Shown: positions 28,114 through 36,672 of the stretch, piece by piece
Layout of the letters: each line of letters opens with the position of its first letter
Numbering within the stretch: position 1 is the first letter of the stretch
Source of the DNA: Dehalococcoides mccartyi
Lineage (GTDB): Bacteria > Chloroflexota > Dehalococcoidia > UBA2979
Assembly: GCA_945888895.1 (NCBI GenBank)
Contig: CAMDAY010000001.1
Coordinates: 1 to 56,095 of the forward strand
Direction: 5' to 3'
Length of the DNA stretch: 56,095 nucleotides
The notes under the pieces: model-generated
The model's input: the letters and a program-made list of their open reading frames with translations, nothing else
Databases searched by the model: none
What the model was told of the DNA's origin: nothing
Position numbers and translations under genes: made by a program

Positions 28114-28634
28114 CTCGGGCTCCCGGCGGGGGCCTCGACCGTTGTCTCGACGGCGGCAGCGAGAATCGCGTCGATGCGCTCGGAAGTGACGCGCCCGTGC
28201 AGACGGCCGTCCAGCATCACGGCGGGCGACAGCGCGCAGTTGCCGAGGCAGTACACGTCGCGCAGGGTGACCGCGCCGTCCTCTGTGGTCTCGCCCATGG
28301 CGACGCCGAGGCGCTCCTCGACGTGCTGCACGAGCGCGTCGGCGCCCATCGACTGGCACGCCTCGGCGCGGCAGAGCTGGAGCGTGTGGCGTCCGCTGGG
28401 GGTGGTGCGGAAATCGTGGTAGAAGTGCAGCACGCCGATGACCTCGGCGCGGGACAGGTTGAGGGCGTCCGTGATCAGCGGGATCGCCGCGTCATCGACA
28501 TAGCCGAACTCGTCCTGGAGGGCGTGGAGGATGGGGAGCAGCGCGCCGGGCAACCGTGCGAGGGCATCGACGGTCAGTCGCGCGCGCTCCACGTCCCAGC
28601 CGCTCGCCTGCGTGTCTGTCACGGTACTACTCAC
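28110..28634 (-). CDS. fdsG: formate dehydrogenase gamma subunit (NuoE-like 2Fe-2S)
   Basis: Motifs are 'LLPILHALQDEFGYV', 'LQLCRAEACQSMG' and 'VYCLGNCALSPAVML'. The start is uncertain: GTG at 28634 or at 28622. The ATG at 28727 would add an Arg-rich, non-coding-like leader. Confidence 0.85.
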   Translation of the reverse strand: MSSTVTDTQASGWDVERARLTVDALARLPGALLPILHALQDEFGYVDDAAIPLITDALNLSRAEVIGVLHFYHDFRTTPSGRHTLQLCRAEACQSMGADALVQHVEERLGVAMGETTEDGAVTLRDVYCLGNCALSPAVMLDGRLHGRVTSERIDAILAAAVETTVEAPAGSPR

Positions 28635-28903
28635 ACGTTCCGGGTTCGGAGGTCGATAGCATACATTATGGGCCGACCCTTCCCGCGAGGCCGCTCGAGG
28701 CCGACTGCGGGGCGAGATCCGGCCCATTGCATGGTCGCAGGAGCCTCACTCGATCGCCATCGGCAGCCGTGATGCCTCGACCGCGCCGGGTGCCACTTCC
28801 ATCTTGCGAGCCGACGTGAACCGGGTAGCCTCGAAGGCACGCCGGGGCAGGGGCAACTGCCGGGCACGGCCACCCACCCCACAGAGTCAGCAGGAGAGCC
28901 CCG

Positions 28904-29296
28904 ATGAACCGAGTCGTCCACTTCGAGATGCCAGCCAAGGACTCGGCACTCGTTAGCACGTTCTACAGCGGCGTGTTCGGCTGGCAGATGCAGAACATGG
29001 GTGAGCACATGGGGAACTACATCCTCGCCACTGCCACGCCGTCCGACGAGGCTGGGCAGCCCACCTCGCCCGGCGGGATCAATGGCGGCTTCTTCCCGGT
29101 CGAGGAAGGTAGTACCGAGACGCCCTCGTTCGTGATCGAGGTCGACGACATCAACGCGCACATGCAGAAGGTGAAGGACGCGGGCGGCCAGGTCGAGGGC
29201 GAGCCGAGCATGATCCCCGGCATTGGCCTCTTCGTCGTCATCATCGACACCGAAGGGAACCGCGCGAGCATGTTGCAGCCGGTGGCGATGAGCTAG
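28904..29296 (+). CDS. VOC (glyoxalase/bleomycin-resistance fold) family protein
   Basis: 130-aa ORF: 'VVHFEMPAKDSALVSTFYSGVFGW..' and '..GIGLFVVIIDTEGNRASMLQP'. An SD (caggagag) precedes the ATG. Confidence 0.8.
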   Translation: MNRVVHFEMPAKDSALVSTFYSGVFGWQMQNMGEHMGNYILATATPSDEAGQPTSPGGINGGFFPVEEGSTETPSFVIEVDDINAHMQKVKDAGGQVEGEPSMIPGIGLFVVIIDTEGNRASMLQPVAMS

Positions 29297-29320
29297 CGGT
29301 CGCGCTGTCGTAGAGCAGGA

Positions 29321-29349
29321 AAGAGCCCGCGCGAGCGGGCTTCTTCGTT
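29321..29349 (+). terminator. rho-independent-type terminator after the VOC gene
   Basis: The agAGCCCGC-gcga-GCGGGCTtc stem is followed by the T-rich run ttcttcgtt, 25 nt after the stop at 29296. Confidence 0.6.
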
Positions 29350-29366
29350 GGTGTGCGGTGAGAACC

Positions 29367-29401
29367 TCACCCCAACCCTCCCCCGGTAAAGGGGGAGGGG
29401 C
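29367..29401. repeat. GC-rich hairpin repeat, family 1
   Basis: Sequence is tCACCCCAACCCTCCCCggtaaaGGGGGAGGGGc. It lies between the terminator at 29321 and the VWA gene stop at 29418. Confidence 0.85.
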
Positions 29402-29417
29402 TAGGAGCCGCCATAGT

Positions 29418-30485
29418 CTAGCTGTAGCGGTTCCAGGCGAGTGAGAGGCCGGTCGCGGCGAGGGCGAGCGCGGCGGCGATGGCGGTGAATCCGAAGCTGA
29501 TTTCGATGTGCTGCTTCTGGAGCACGATCTGCTGGGGGAGGTTGCGGAAGACCTCGACGAGCTGTGCCGCGTCGACGGCGCGATGATAGGTGCCCCCCGT
29601 CAGGTCGGCGATGTTCTGCAGGGTGCGCTCGTCGACGCGCAGCGCCGCTCGCAGCGGGCCGTCCGCGCCCATGCGGCCCGCACCGCCGCCGAACCCGGGC
29701 ATGAAGACGTCGGTCCCCAGTTGCTCCCGCGAGCAGACGAGCTGGCCACCCTGGGGGGTGCCGAAGCCGATGGTGTAGACGCGGAGGCGACGGTCGACCG
29801 CCTGCTGCGCTGCCTTGAGCGGGGCGATGCCCTGCGTCGTCGCGCCGTCGGTGAGCAGCACGACGATGTCCGGCTGGTATCCCCCCGGCGGCAGCGACCG
29901 GGCCGCCGCGCCACCGGGATCGACGTCCACACGCGTGACGTTGGGGTTGATGCTCGCGATGGCGTCGATCGAGCGCAGGAGCGCCGTGCCGACCGCGGTG
30001 CCTCGACCGGCAGTGAGTCCTTCGATGGCGGTGGTGAGCTGCTTCTTGTCGGTCGTGGGCGGCACGAGGAGCTGCGCACCGCCCGAGAAGGCGACGAACC
30101 CGATGCGCGTGCCGGAGGGCTGATCCGCGACGAAGGTCTTCGCGACCTGCTGCGCGACGGCGAGCCGATTCGGCTCGATATCCGTTGAGCACATCGAACG
30201 GGACACATCGAGGGCGAGGATGATCGTGGTGCGGCTCATCGGCACGGAAGCCTCGGCCTGCGGGCGCGCCGCGGCGACCGCGAGGAACATCAGCGATATC
30301 AGCAACAGCGCGAACGGGATCCGCCGCCGCCACCTCGACCGCTTCGGGAGCGCCTCGCGGATCAGGGAGAGGCTGGCGTAGCTGACAGCGAAGCGCCGGC
30401 GTCGCCGCAGCATGATCAGGTACAGCGCCAGCAGTAGCGGAGCGACGAGGAGCAAGAGGAGGGCGTAGGGCCAAGCGAAGGTCAT
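29418..30485 (-). CDS. membrane-anchored VWA domain protein (BatA/BatB type)
   Basis: 355-aa ORF with N-terminal TM helices ('MTFAWPYALLLLLVAPLLLALYL'), the MIDAS motif 'ILALDVSRSM' and a C-terminal TM helix. Confidence 0.88.
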   Translation of the reverse strand: MTFAWPYALLLLLVAPLLLALYLIMLRRRRRFAVSYASLSLIREALPKRSRWRRRIPFALLLISLMFLAVAAARPQAEASVPMSRTTIILALDVSRSMCSTDIEPNRLAVAQQVAKTFVADQPSGTRIGFVAFSGGAQLLVPPTTDKKQLTTAIEGLTAGRGTAVGTALLRSIDAIASINPNVTRVDVDPGGAAARSLPPGGYQPDIVVLLTDGATTQGIAPLKAAQQAVDRRLRVYTIGFGTPQGGQLVCSREQLGTDVFMPGFGGGAGRMGADGPLRAALRVDERTLQNIADLTGGTYHRAVDAAQLVEVFRNLPQQIVLQKQHIEISFGFTAIAAALALAATGLSLAWNRYS

Positions 30486-30487
30486 GG

Positions 30488-31486
30488 CTAGGGCACCCGT
30501 CCGAACCAGCGGATCGTGAGCACCGACCCGAGGAACAACAGCAGCATCGAGGCTCCGGCGAACAGCGACGTGACTTCGTAGTCCTTGCCGCTGACCGTGA
30601 GCTTCAGATCGATCTTCTTGTACGTCTCCAGCAGTTGCGCCTCATCCTCGGCGCGCAGGTAGGTACCGTCGGTGGTCTGGGCGATGCCTTGCAGGAGCGG
30701 CTCGTTGAGCGCGGTGGCGATGCGGTAGCCATCGACGGTGAGGGTCGCGCCTTGCCGCTTGCCGAGCCCGATCGGGTAGATGCGCACCCCGGCGCCCGAC
30801 GCCAGCTCGGCGACGAGCAGGGGGTCGATGCGGGAGGTGTGCTCTCCGTCCGAGAGCAGCACGATGACGCCCGAGCCGAAGTGTCCGATGTCCATCGAGA
30901 GCAGGTCTTCCTCCGACACGTTCTCGGGCACCTGGATCGCCTTGCCCGCGATCGCGCCCAGCGAGGCGAACATCCCCTCGCTGATCGAGGTGCCGCCCTG
31001 TGGCGTCAGGCGGTCGATCGCCTCGATCACTTCGTCCTTCACGTCGCTCGGCTGCAGCATCGTGGAGGCGTTGTCGCTGAAGGCGACCACGCCGATCTTG
31101 ATCGTCGATGGCTGCTGCTTCACGAAGGCCTTCGCGGCCGCCTTAGCCGCTTCCATGCGCGTGGGCTTCAGGTCGTCCGCCTTCATGCTCGTCGACACGT
31201 CGAACGCGAGGATCACGGTGCCCTCGAGGCGCGGGAGGGCCAGCACGACCTTCGGGCGCGCGAGCGAGGCGAGCAGCAGCGCGATCGCCAGCAGGAAGAT
31301 CGCGGGCGCGATGTGCCGTCGAGGCACGCGACCTCGACGGGTGGTCGGGCGCGGTGTCGTGTCGGTAAAGCGCAGCCCGATCGCGCCCGCGGCGGCGTCA
31401 CGGCGGCGCGTCACGAGCACGTACGCGACAACGAGCACGGGCACGAGCAGCAGTGAGAGCAGCATCAGCGGCCACGTGAAGGTCAT
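30488..31486 (-). CDS. membrane-anchored VWA domain protein (BatA/BatB type)
   Basis: 332-aa ORF with 'MTFTWPLMLLSLLLVPVLVVAYV', the MIDAS motif 'ILAFDVSTSM' and a C-terminal TM helix. Its start overlaps the DUF58 stop in an ATGA junction at 31483-31486. Confidence 0.88.
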   Translation of the reverse strand: MTFTWPLMLLSLLLVPVLVVAYVLVTRRRDAAAGAIGLRFTDTTPRPTTRRGRVPRRHIAPAIFLLAIALLLASLARPKVVLALPRLEGTVILAFDVSTSMKADDLKPTRMEAAKAAAKAFVKQQPSTIKIGVVAFSDNASTMLQPSDVKDEVIEAIDRLTPQGGTSISEGMFASLGAIAGKAIQVPENVSEEDLLSMDIGHFGSGVIVLLSDGEHTSRIDPLLVAELASGAGVRIYPIGLGKRQGATLTVDGYRIATALNEPLLQGIAQTTDGTYLRAEDEAQLLETYKKIDLKLTVSGKDYEVTSLFAGASMLLLFLGSVLTIRWFGRVP

Positions 31487-32394
31487 CGGCGGACCCGCTG
31501 CTTCCGCTGCGCGGCCAGCCGCACCAGCGCACCGACGAGGTCCTCCTCGGTCGAGATGTCGAATGATTCGACGCCCGCCTGGCGGAACGTCGCAGCGATG
31601 CGCGCCTCGCGCTCGTGCGCGCTCGCGGCGAGCGCGTTGCGCAGCACGGGGTCGCTGGTGTCCACGGAAATCTGCTCGCCGGTCTCGGAATCCTCGAGGA
31701 CGATCAGGCCGACATCGGGGAATTCGACCTCGCGCGGATCCCAGATGCGGATCGCCACGACATCGTGCCGGCGTGCGAGCAGCGGCAGCGCGCGCTCCCA
31801 GCCCGCCTCGCCGAGGAAGTCCGACACGAGGAACACGAGCGACCGGCGTTTGATCGCATTCAGCCCGGCATGCACGAGGCCACCGAGGTCAGTCGCGGTG
31901 CCATCGCGTGGCGCCGGCTTCATCAGCTCGTGCGTCAGGCGCAGCACGTGGCGACGTCCGCTGCGCGGCGGGAGCGTCTCCTCCACCACGTTGTTGTAGA
32001 GGATCGCGCCCACGCGGTTCCCTCGGCGGCTCAGGAGCTGCGCGAGGGTGGTCACTACGTCGGTGAGCACGTGGCCCTTCGTGTGGGTGTCCGGCCCGAA
32101 TGCCATCGAGGGCGAGCGGTCGAGGAGCATCCACGCGGTGAGCTCGCGGTCCTCGAGGTACTCGCGCACGAACGGCGTGTTCATGCGCGCCGTGACGTTC
32201 CAGTCGATGTAGCGCGCGTCATCGGTCGGTTGGTACTCGCGGAGGTCGGCGAAGTCCACGCCTGCGCCGCGGAAGAGCGTGCGGTAGTCGCCCTGCAACA
32301 GGCCGTCGAGACGCCGCACGACCTGCCAGTCGAGCCGCTGGAGCACCTGCTCCGGCGTCGGCGTCGCCGTCCCGTTGGTGGGCGCGGCGACCAT
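31483..32394 (-). CDS. DUF58 family protein (MoxR/VWA partner)
   Basis: ATG at 32394, 1 nt after the MoxR stop, gives 303 aa: 'FRGAGVDFADLREYQPTDDARYIDWNVTAR'. Confidence 0.85.
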   Translation of the reverse strand: MVAAPTNGTATPTPEQVLQRLDWQVVRRLDGLLQGDYRTLFRGAGVDFADLREYQPTDDARYIDWNVTARMNTPFVREYLEDRELTAWMLLDRSPSMAFGPDTHTKGHVLTDVVTTLAQLLSRRGNRVGAILYNNVVEETLPPRSGRRHVLRLTHELMKPAPRDGTATDLGGLVHAGLNAIKRRSLVFLVSDFLGEAGWERALPLLARRHDVVAIRIWDPREVEFPDVGLIVLEDSETGEQISVDTSDPVLRNALAASAHEREARIAATFRQAGVESFDISTEEDLVGALVRLAAQRKQRVRR

Positions 32395-32395
32395 G

Positions 32396-33412
32396 CTAGG
32401 CGCGCACCCCCGCGCGGCTCTCGATGAGCGAGGCCTCCGGCACGGGGATACCGGGCAACAGCCGCTCGAGGATGTCGTCCGCGCTGACGTTGGTCGCGAG
32501 CGCCTCGTACGACAGCACGAGGCGGTGGCGGATGACATCGAACGCCAGGTCGCGCACGTCCGCGGCGAGCGCGTAGTCGCGCCCACGGACGAAGGCGAGC
32601 GCGCGGCCCGCGAGGATGAGGTTGATCGAGGCGCGCGGGCTCGCGCCGAACTCGATCAGCCGGGCGACCTCGGGCTGGCCGACCAGCGCGGGCTCGCGCG
32701 TGGCGCGCACGAGCTTCACGGCGTACTCCATCAGTGCGGGGTCCACGTACACGGCGTCGGCGGCACGTTGCAGTTCGAGCAGGCCGGGGCCATCGACGAT
32801 CTGCTGCGTCTGCTCCATGGCGCGCGTCATGCGCTCCACGATCACGAACTCCTCGGTCTGTGTCGGATAGCCGACGAGCACCTTGAGCATGAAGCGGTCC
32901 TGCTGCGCCTCCGGCAGGGCGTACGTGCCCTCGGATTCGATCGGGTTCTGCGTGGCGAGCACGAGGAACGGGTTCGGGACGGGATGCGTCTCGCGACCGA
33001 TCGTCACCTGGCGCTCCTGCATCACCTCGAGGAGCGCGCTCTGCACCTTCGCGGGCGCGCGGTTGATCTCGTCGGCGAGCAGCAGGTTCGTGAACACGGG
33101 GCCGAGCGAGGTCTGGAACTCACCGGACTGCTGGTTGTAGATGCGCGTGCCGGTGAGGTCCGCAGGCACGAGGTCGGGCGTGAACTGCACGCGCTTGAAG
33201 TCGCCGCCGACCGCCGCCGCCAGCGTCTTGATCGTCAGAGTCTTCGCAAGCCCCGGGACGCCTTCCACGAGCACGTGCCCGCGCGCGAGCAGCGCGACGA
33301 GCAGCCGTTCGAGGAGGACGTCCTGCCCGACGATCACCTTCTTGATCTCGTAGAGCACCTGCTCCATCGGGCGGTGGCTGTCGGGGGACAGGTGGTTCGG
33401 GGACATGCTCAT
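32396..33412 (-). CDS. MoxR-family AAA+ ATPase
   Basis: 338-aa ORF with Walker A 'EGVPGLAKT', 'LLADEINRAPAKVQSALLEVMQE' and an AAGGAG SD upstream. Confidence 0.93.
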   Translation of the reverse strand: MSMSPNHLSPDSHRPMEQVLYEIKKVIVGQDVLLERLLVALLARGHVLVEGVPGLAKTLTIKTLAAAVGGDFKRVQFTPDLVPADLTGTRIYNQQSGEFQTSLGPVFTNLLLADEINRAPAKVQSALLEVMQERQVTIGRETHPVPNPFLVLATQNPIESEGTYALPEAQQDRFMLKVLVGYPTQTEEFVIVERMTRAMEQTQQIVDGPGLLELQRAADAVYVDPALMEYAVKLVRATREPALVGQPEVARLIEFGASPRASINLILAGRALAFVRGRDYALAADVRDLAFDVIRHRLVLSYEALATNVSADDILERLLPGIPVPEASLIESRAGVRA

Positions 33413-33439
33413 CGACGCGCTCCTTGTTACCTCGGCCGG

Positions 33440-34309
33440 TTACTTCGGCAAGTTGCCCGCGCCGCCGGCGGCGCTGATCGGCACGGCGAAGCCGATGCCC
33501 GTGAACGAACGCTCGTTGTTGGGGTTGGCGAGCGCGGTGACGATGCCGATGACCTGCCCGTCGCGGTTCAGCAACGGGCCGCCGGAGTTGCCGGGGTTCA
33601 CCGCCGCGTCGAACTGGATCAGGTTCGTCAGCGCCTCGCGGTTGGCGCGCGGCGGGATCGTGCGGTTGAGCCCGGAGATCACACCCGCACTGAGCGAGGC
33701 GGTCAGACCCAGCGGGTTGCCGACGGCGAACGTCTCGTCCCCGACCGTCGCGCCCCCGGCGAGCACGGCGGGCACGATGAGCTCCGGATTCTTCTCAGCC
33801 TGGAGCACCGCCAGGTCGTTCGGCATGGCGCTGACGAGCTTCGCGCTGGACTCGGTGCCGTCGGCGAAGGTGACGATGATGCGGCGCGCGCCCTGCACGA
33901 CGTGGTGCGCCGTCAGCACCATGCCGTCGTCGCGGATGATCACGCCCGTGCCGATGCCTTGCGCCTCGGAGGCCTGCTCGTTGCCTTCGGTGCGGATGTA
34001 CACGAGCGACGGGAGGATGGTGCGGAACACCTCGGTCGAGCGTGCTGGCGCCTCGGCGGCCTTCGCGACGGCGGTGGCGACGGCCTGCTGGACGTCGGTG
34101 CGGGTGAGCGGAGGCGCCGGCTCGGTGCGGAGCGAGGTGAACAGCAACAGGCCGACGAGCGAGCCGAGCATCCCCAGCGCGGTCGGCGTGAGCCACGTCC
34201 AGCCGAGGCGCCAGCGCCGCCGGGGCGCGCGATCCTCGGACGGGCCAGTCTCGTGGCTCGTACCGCCAGCAGGCTCAGGAGCGCCGGGGCCGGGAGGGGC
34301 CAGCGTCAC
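33440..34309 (-). CDS. membrane-anchored trypsin-like (S1C/HtrA-type) serine protease without PDZ domain
   Basis: 289-aa ORF with an N-terminal TM helix ('ALGMLGSLVGLLLFTSL') and the triad contexts 'VLTAHHVV', 'DLAVLQ' and 'NPGNSGGPLL'. The protein ends ~25 aa after 'GIGFAVPI'. Confidence 0.85.
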   Translation of the reverse strand: MTLAPPGPGAPEPAGGTSHETGPSEDRAPRRRWRLGWTWLTPTALGMLGSLVGLLLFTSLRTEPAPPLTRTDVQQAVATAVAKAAEAPARSTEVFRTILPSLVYIRTEGNEQASEAQGIGTGVIIRDDGMVLTAHHVVQGARRIIVTFADGTESSAKLVSAMPNDLAVLQAEKNPELIVPAVLAGGATVGDETFAVGNPLGLTASLSAGVISGLNRTIPPRANREALTNLIQFDAAVNPGNSGGPLLNRDGQVIGIVTALANPNNERSFTGIGFAVPISAAGGAGNLPK

Positions 34310-34483
34310 GGTGCGTTCTCCGTCGAGGCTACTCGTCGTGTCGACGATCCTGCGGGGGCGCGGTGGTGGTCACGCAACGATGGCCGCATCGGTCTCCTCG
34401 GAGGGAGGGGCGGGCAGGAATCGTATCGCAAGCCGAACCGGCCATGAGTAATCGAATTACGGCAGTTCCCCATTCGGGCAGTT

Positions 34484-35233
34484 CTACGAGGCGCGTGCGA
34501 AGACGAACAGCAGCAGGTACTTGCAGCGGTCGTTCACGTCGCCCTGGACCAGGTTGCGGGCCTTCGCCGTGACCTTCTGCTGGTCGAGCAGCCACGCCTT
34601 CCCGCCGCCGTCCTCGCGGACGCTGGTCTGGAGGATCACCGTGGGCTTCGCGGGCATCTCCCCGGCGACCAGGTCGCCACCGGAGTAGATGTCGGTCAGG
34701 TAGATGCCGTCCACGACGAAGCGCTTGCGAGCAACGGCCGCGCCGGTGGTGCGCTCGGTGCCCTCCACGAAGACCTCGTCGCCGAGGTTGATGTCCTGCA
34801 GTGCATACAGCAGGCCCGGCGCGTTCTGCCAGCGGCTGTGCCCGAAGATCCACGAGCGGTTCTCGAGGCCCTCGATCGCCTCGATCGGGGTGGCGATGCC
34901 GTGGTTGGGGACGGTGAAGGTCTCCTCGTCGGTTCGGGGCGCGGGACAGCCCGTCGTGGGGGGGTAGATCGAGGCGGGGATGACGCGGCTGTCCTGCACC
35001 GCCGCGTCGATGCCCAGCGATGGGATCGCGAGGCGACTCGCACGGATGTCGAGCCGCTCCGGCGTCGGGGTGGGGACGGGCGTCGGCATCGACGAGCTGG
35101 CGCCGGCGGTGGTGCGTGGCGTGGCGGTGGCGACCGGCGTCGGCGTCTGGAGAGCGGGCGCGTCGGCCTCCCCGCAGGCGAGGAGCGACGCCAGCAGGAC
35201 GAGTCCGGGAGCCCAGGTGGCGGAGCGCAGCAT
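34484..35233 (-). CDS. sortase-fold lipoprotein with Ser at the expected nucleophile position
   Basis: 249-aa ORF with the signal and lipobox-like segment 'LVLLASLLAC'. It has 'RLAIPSLGIDAAV' and 'WIFGHS', and 'PTVILQTS' where sortases have TLxTC. It also has a Pro/Thr linker. Confidence 0.5.
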   Translation of the reverse strand: MLRSATWAPGLVLLASLLACGEADAPALQTPTPVATATPRTTAGASSSMPTPVPTPTPERLDIRASRLAIPSLGIDAAVQDSRVIPASIYPPTTGCPAPRTDEETFTVPNHGIATPIEAIEGLENRSWIFGHSRWQNAPGLLYALQDINLGDEVFVEGTERTTGAAVARKRFVVDGIYLTDIYSGGDLVAGEMPAKPTVILQTSVREDGGGKAWLLDQQKVTAKARNLVQGDVNDRCKYLLLFVFARAS

Positions 35234-35350
35234 GCATTCAGCCTACGCCGCCTCAATGGCGCTCCGCGCGCGGCCGCATCACATTGCGGATGCCGATATA
35301 GTGCGGCGCGTTGCAGACGACGGCGCTAGGGGCGCGTCGAAGGAGCCTCC

Positions 35351-36652
35351 ATGGCGGCCCGCCCGACCCAGACGACGATCCGCGTTCCGGGGGGGCACTA
35401 CTACGGTTGGGTGATCGTCGTCGTGGGATCCGTGATCAACGGCTTCGGTTCCATGAACCAGGCCGTCTCGTCCGTCCTGTTTCTGCCGCTGACGGCGCAG
35501 CTGGGCGTGGGCCACGGGTCGCTCGCGTTCGCGCTGTCCCTCGCACGGCTCGAAGCCGGGGCGATCGGGCCAGTCGCCGGATGGGTGCTCGACCGCCGGG
35601 GGCCACGGCCGCTGATGATCACTGGCTGCCTGATGGGCGGCGTCGGATTGATGCTGCTGCCCCTGGTCGAGAGCTACCTGATGTTCGTATTGCTCTATAT
35701 GGGGCTGATCTCAGTCGGCTTCAACATCGGCTTCGCATTTGCCTTGCACCAGGTGGCGAGCGTCTGGTTCGTGCGCCACCGCACGAAGGTGCTCGGCATC
35801 TTCTCCTTCTCGATCCGTGTGGGGCGGGCGATCCTCGTGCCGCTGCTCGCGCTGGCGACGGCACGGTACGGGTGGCAGGCGGCGACGGTCGGCGCGGGGC
35901 TCGCGGTCCTTGTCTTCGTGCTGCCGCTGATCCTGCTCGTGAAGCACTCACCCGAGGCGATCGGTCAGCGCCCGGATGGGGCGATGGAGCCGCCGCTCGG
36001 AGCCGCGGATGCGCCCCGTGTCGCCTCGGACATCTCTGGCGACTTCACACTGCGCGAAGGGATGCGGACGCGCACCTACTGGATCATCGTGTTCAGCACC
36101 GTGGTACGGACCGCGCTCACCGGGGCTGTGCAGGGGCAGTTGATCCCGATCGTGGTGGCGAAGGGGATGAGCCAGGCGACCGGCGCGGGGTACCTCGGGC
36201 TGTGGGCTGTCGTGGCGAGCGGGATGCTGCTGGCCGTTGGCTATGCCGCCGACCGCACGAGCAAGGTCACGCTGATGGCGGTCGGCCACGTGAGCAGCAT
36301 GTGCGCGATGCTCCTGCTGATGTACGTCGGGCCAGGGGACTGGGCGCTGATGGTTCTGTTCATCGTGCTGGTTGCGTTCCAGGAGAGCATGGCGCCAGCG
36401 AACCTCTCGATCATCGGCGACATGTTCGGGCGCAGCTCGTTCGGGCGGATCAACGGGATGATGAACACATTCACCACCGTCGGGGTGATCGCGCCGCCGT
36501 TCCTCGGCTACTCGTACGACCTCTATGGCAACTACACGCTGCCGCTGGCCACCTTCGCCGCCATCGCCGGGGTCGGCGCCGTGATCGTGCTGCTGTTCCT
36601 GCGCCCGCCGAGCCGCCCCGCGCCCGTGGCGACCTCGGTCGCCGTCGGCTAG
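35351..36652 (+). CDS. MFS transporter (oxalate/formate-antiporter-like subfamily)
   Basis: 433-aa ORF with about 12 hydrophobic segments and 'SLARLEAGAIGPVAGWVLDRRGPRP'. It is paralogous to 46468..47763 and 53568..54884. Confidence 0.85.
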   Translation: MAARPTQTTIRVPGGHYYGWVIVVVGSVINGFGSMNQAVSSVLFLPLTAQLGVGHGSLAFALSLARLEAGAIGPVAGWVLDRRGPRPLMITGCLMGGVGLMLLPLVESYLMFVLLYMGLISVGFNIGFAFALHQVASVWFVRHRTKVLGIFSFSIRVGRAILVPLLALATARYGWQAATVGAGLAVLVFVLPLILLVKHSPEAIGQRPDGAMEPPLGAADAPRVASDISGDFTLREGMRTRTYWIIVFSTVVRTALTGAVQGQLIPIVVAKGMSQATGAGYLGLWAVVASGMLLAVGYAADRTSKVTLMAVGHVSSMCAMLLLMYVGPGDWALMVLFIVLVAFQESMAPANLSIIGDMFGRSSFGRINGMMNTFTTVGVIAPPFLGYSYDLYGNYTLPLATFAAIAGVGAVIVLLFLRPPSRPAPVATSVAVG

Positions 36653-36672
36653 CGTCCACTCCGGAGGCGCAC

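Noticed and set aside
22820-28422. Very long ORFs on the strand opposite the fds operon (22820..24757, 24887..26902, 26536..28422). Similar ones lie opposite other genes (2833..4482, 32375..34447, 39736..41475, 50516..52231, 8718..10184).
   Set aside because: Their translations are dominated by R/A/G/D/V/H runs without recognisable domains, and they mirror well-supported genes on the other strand. They are shadow ORFs.
28656-28670. AT-rich patches as promoters: 'atagcatacattatg' upstream of fdsG, and 'gtaatcgaattac' (34448-34460) upstream of the protease-MoxR operon.
   Set aside because: They contain -10-like hexamers on the correct strand. However, I found no convincing -35 partner, and the promoter consensus of this organism is unknown. 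I have not reported them as features.
28635-28727. The upstream ATG (28727) as the start of fdsG.
   Set aside because: It would add 'MGRISPRSRPRAASREGSAHNVCYRPPNPER', which is not NuoE-like and is Arg-rich. A GTG at 28634 or 28622 gives the usual ~170-aa size. The choice between the two GTGs remains open.
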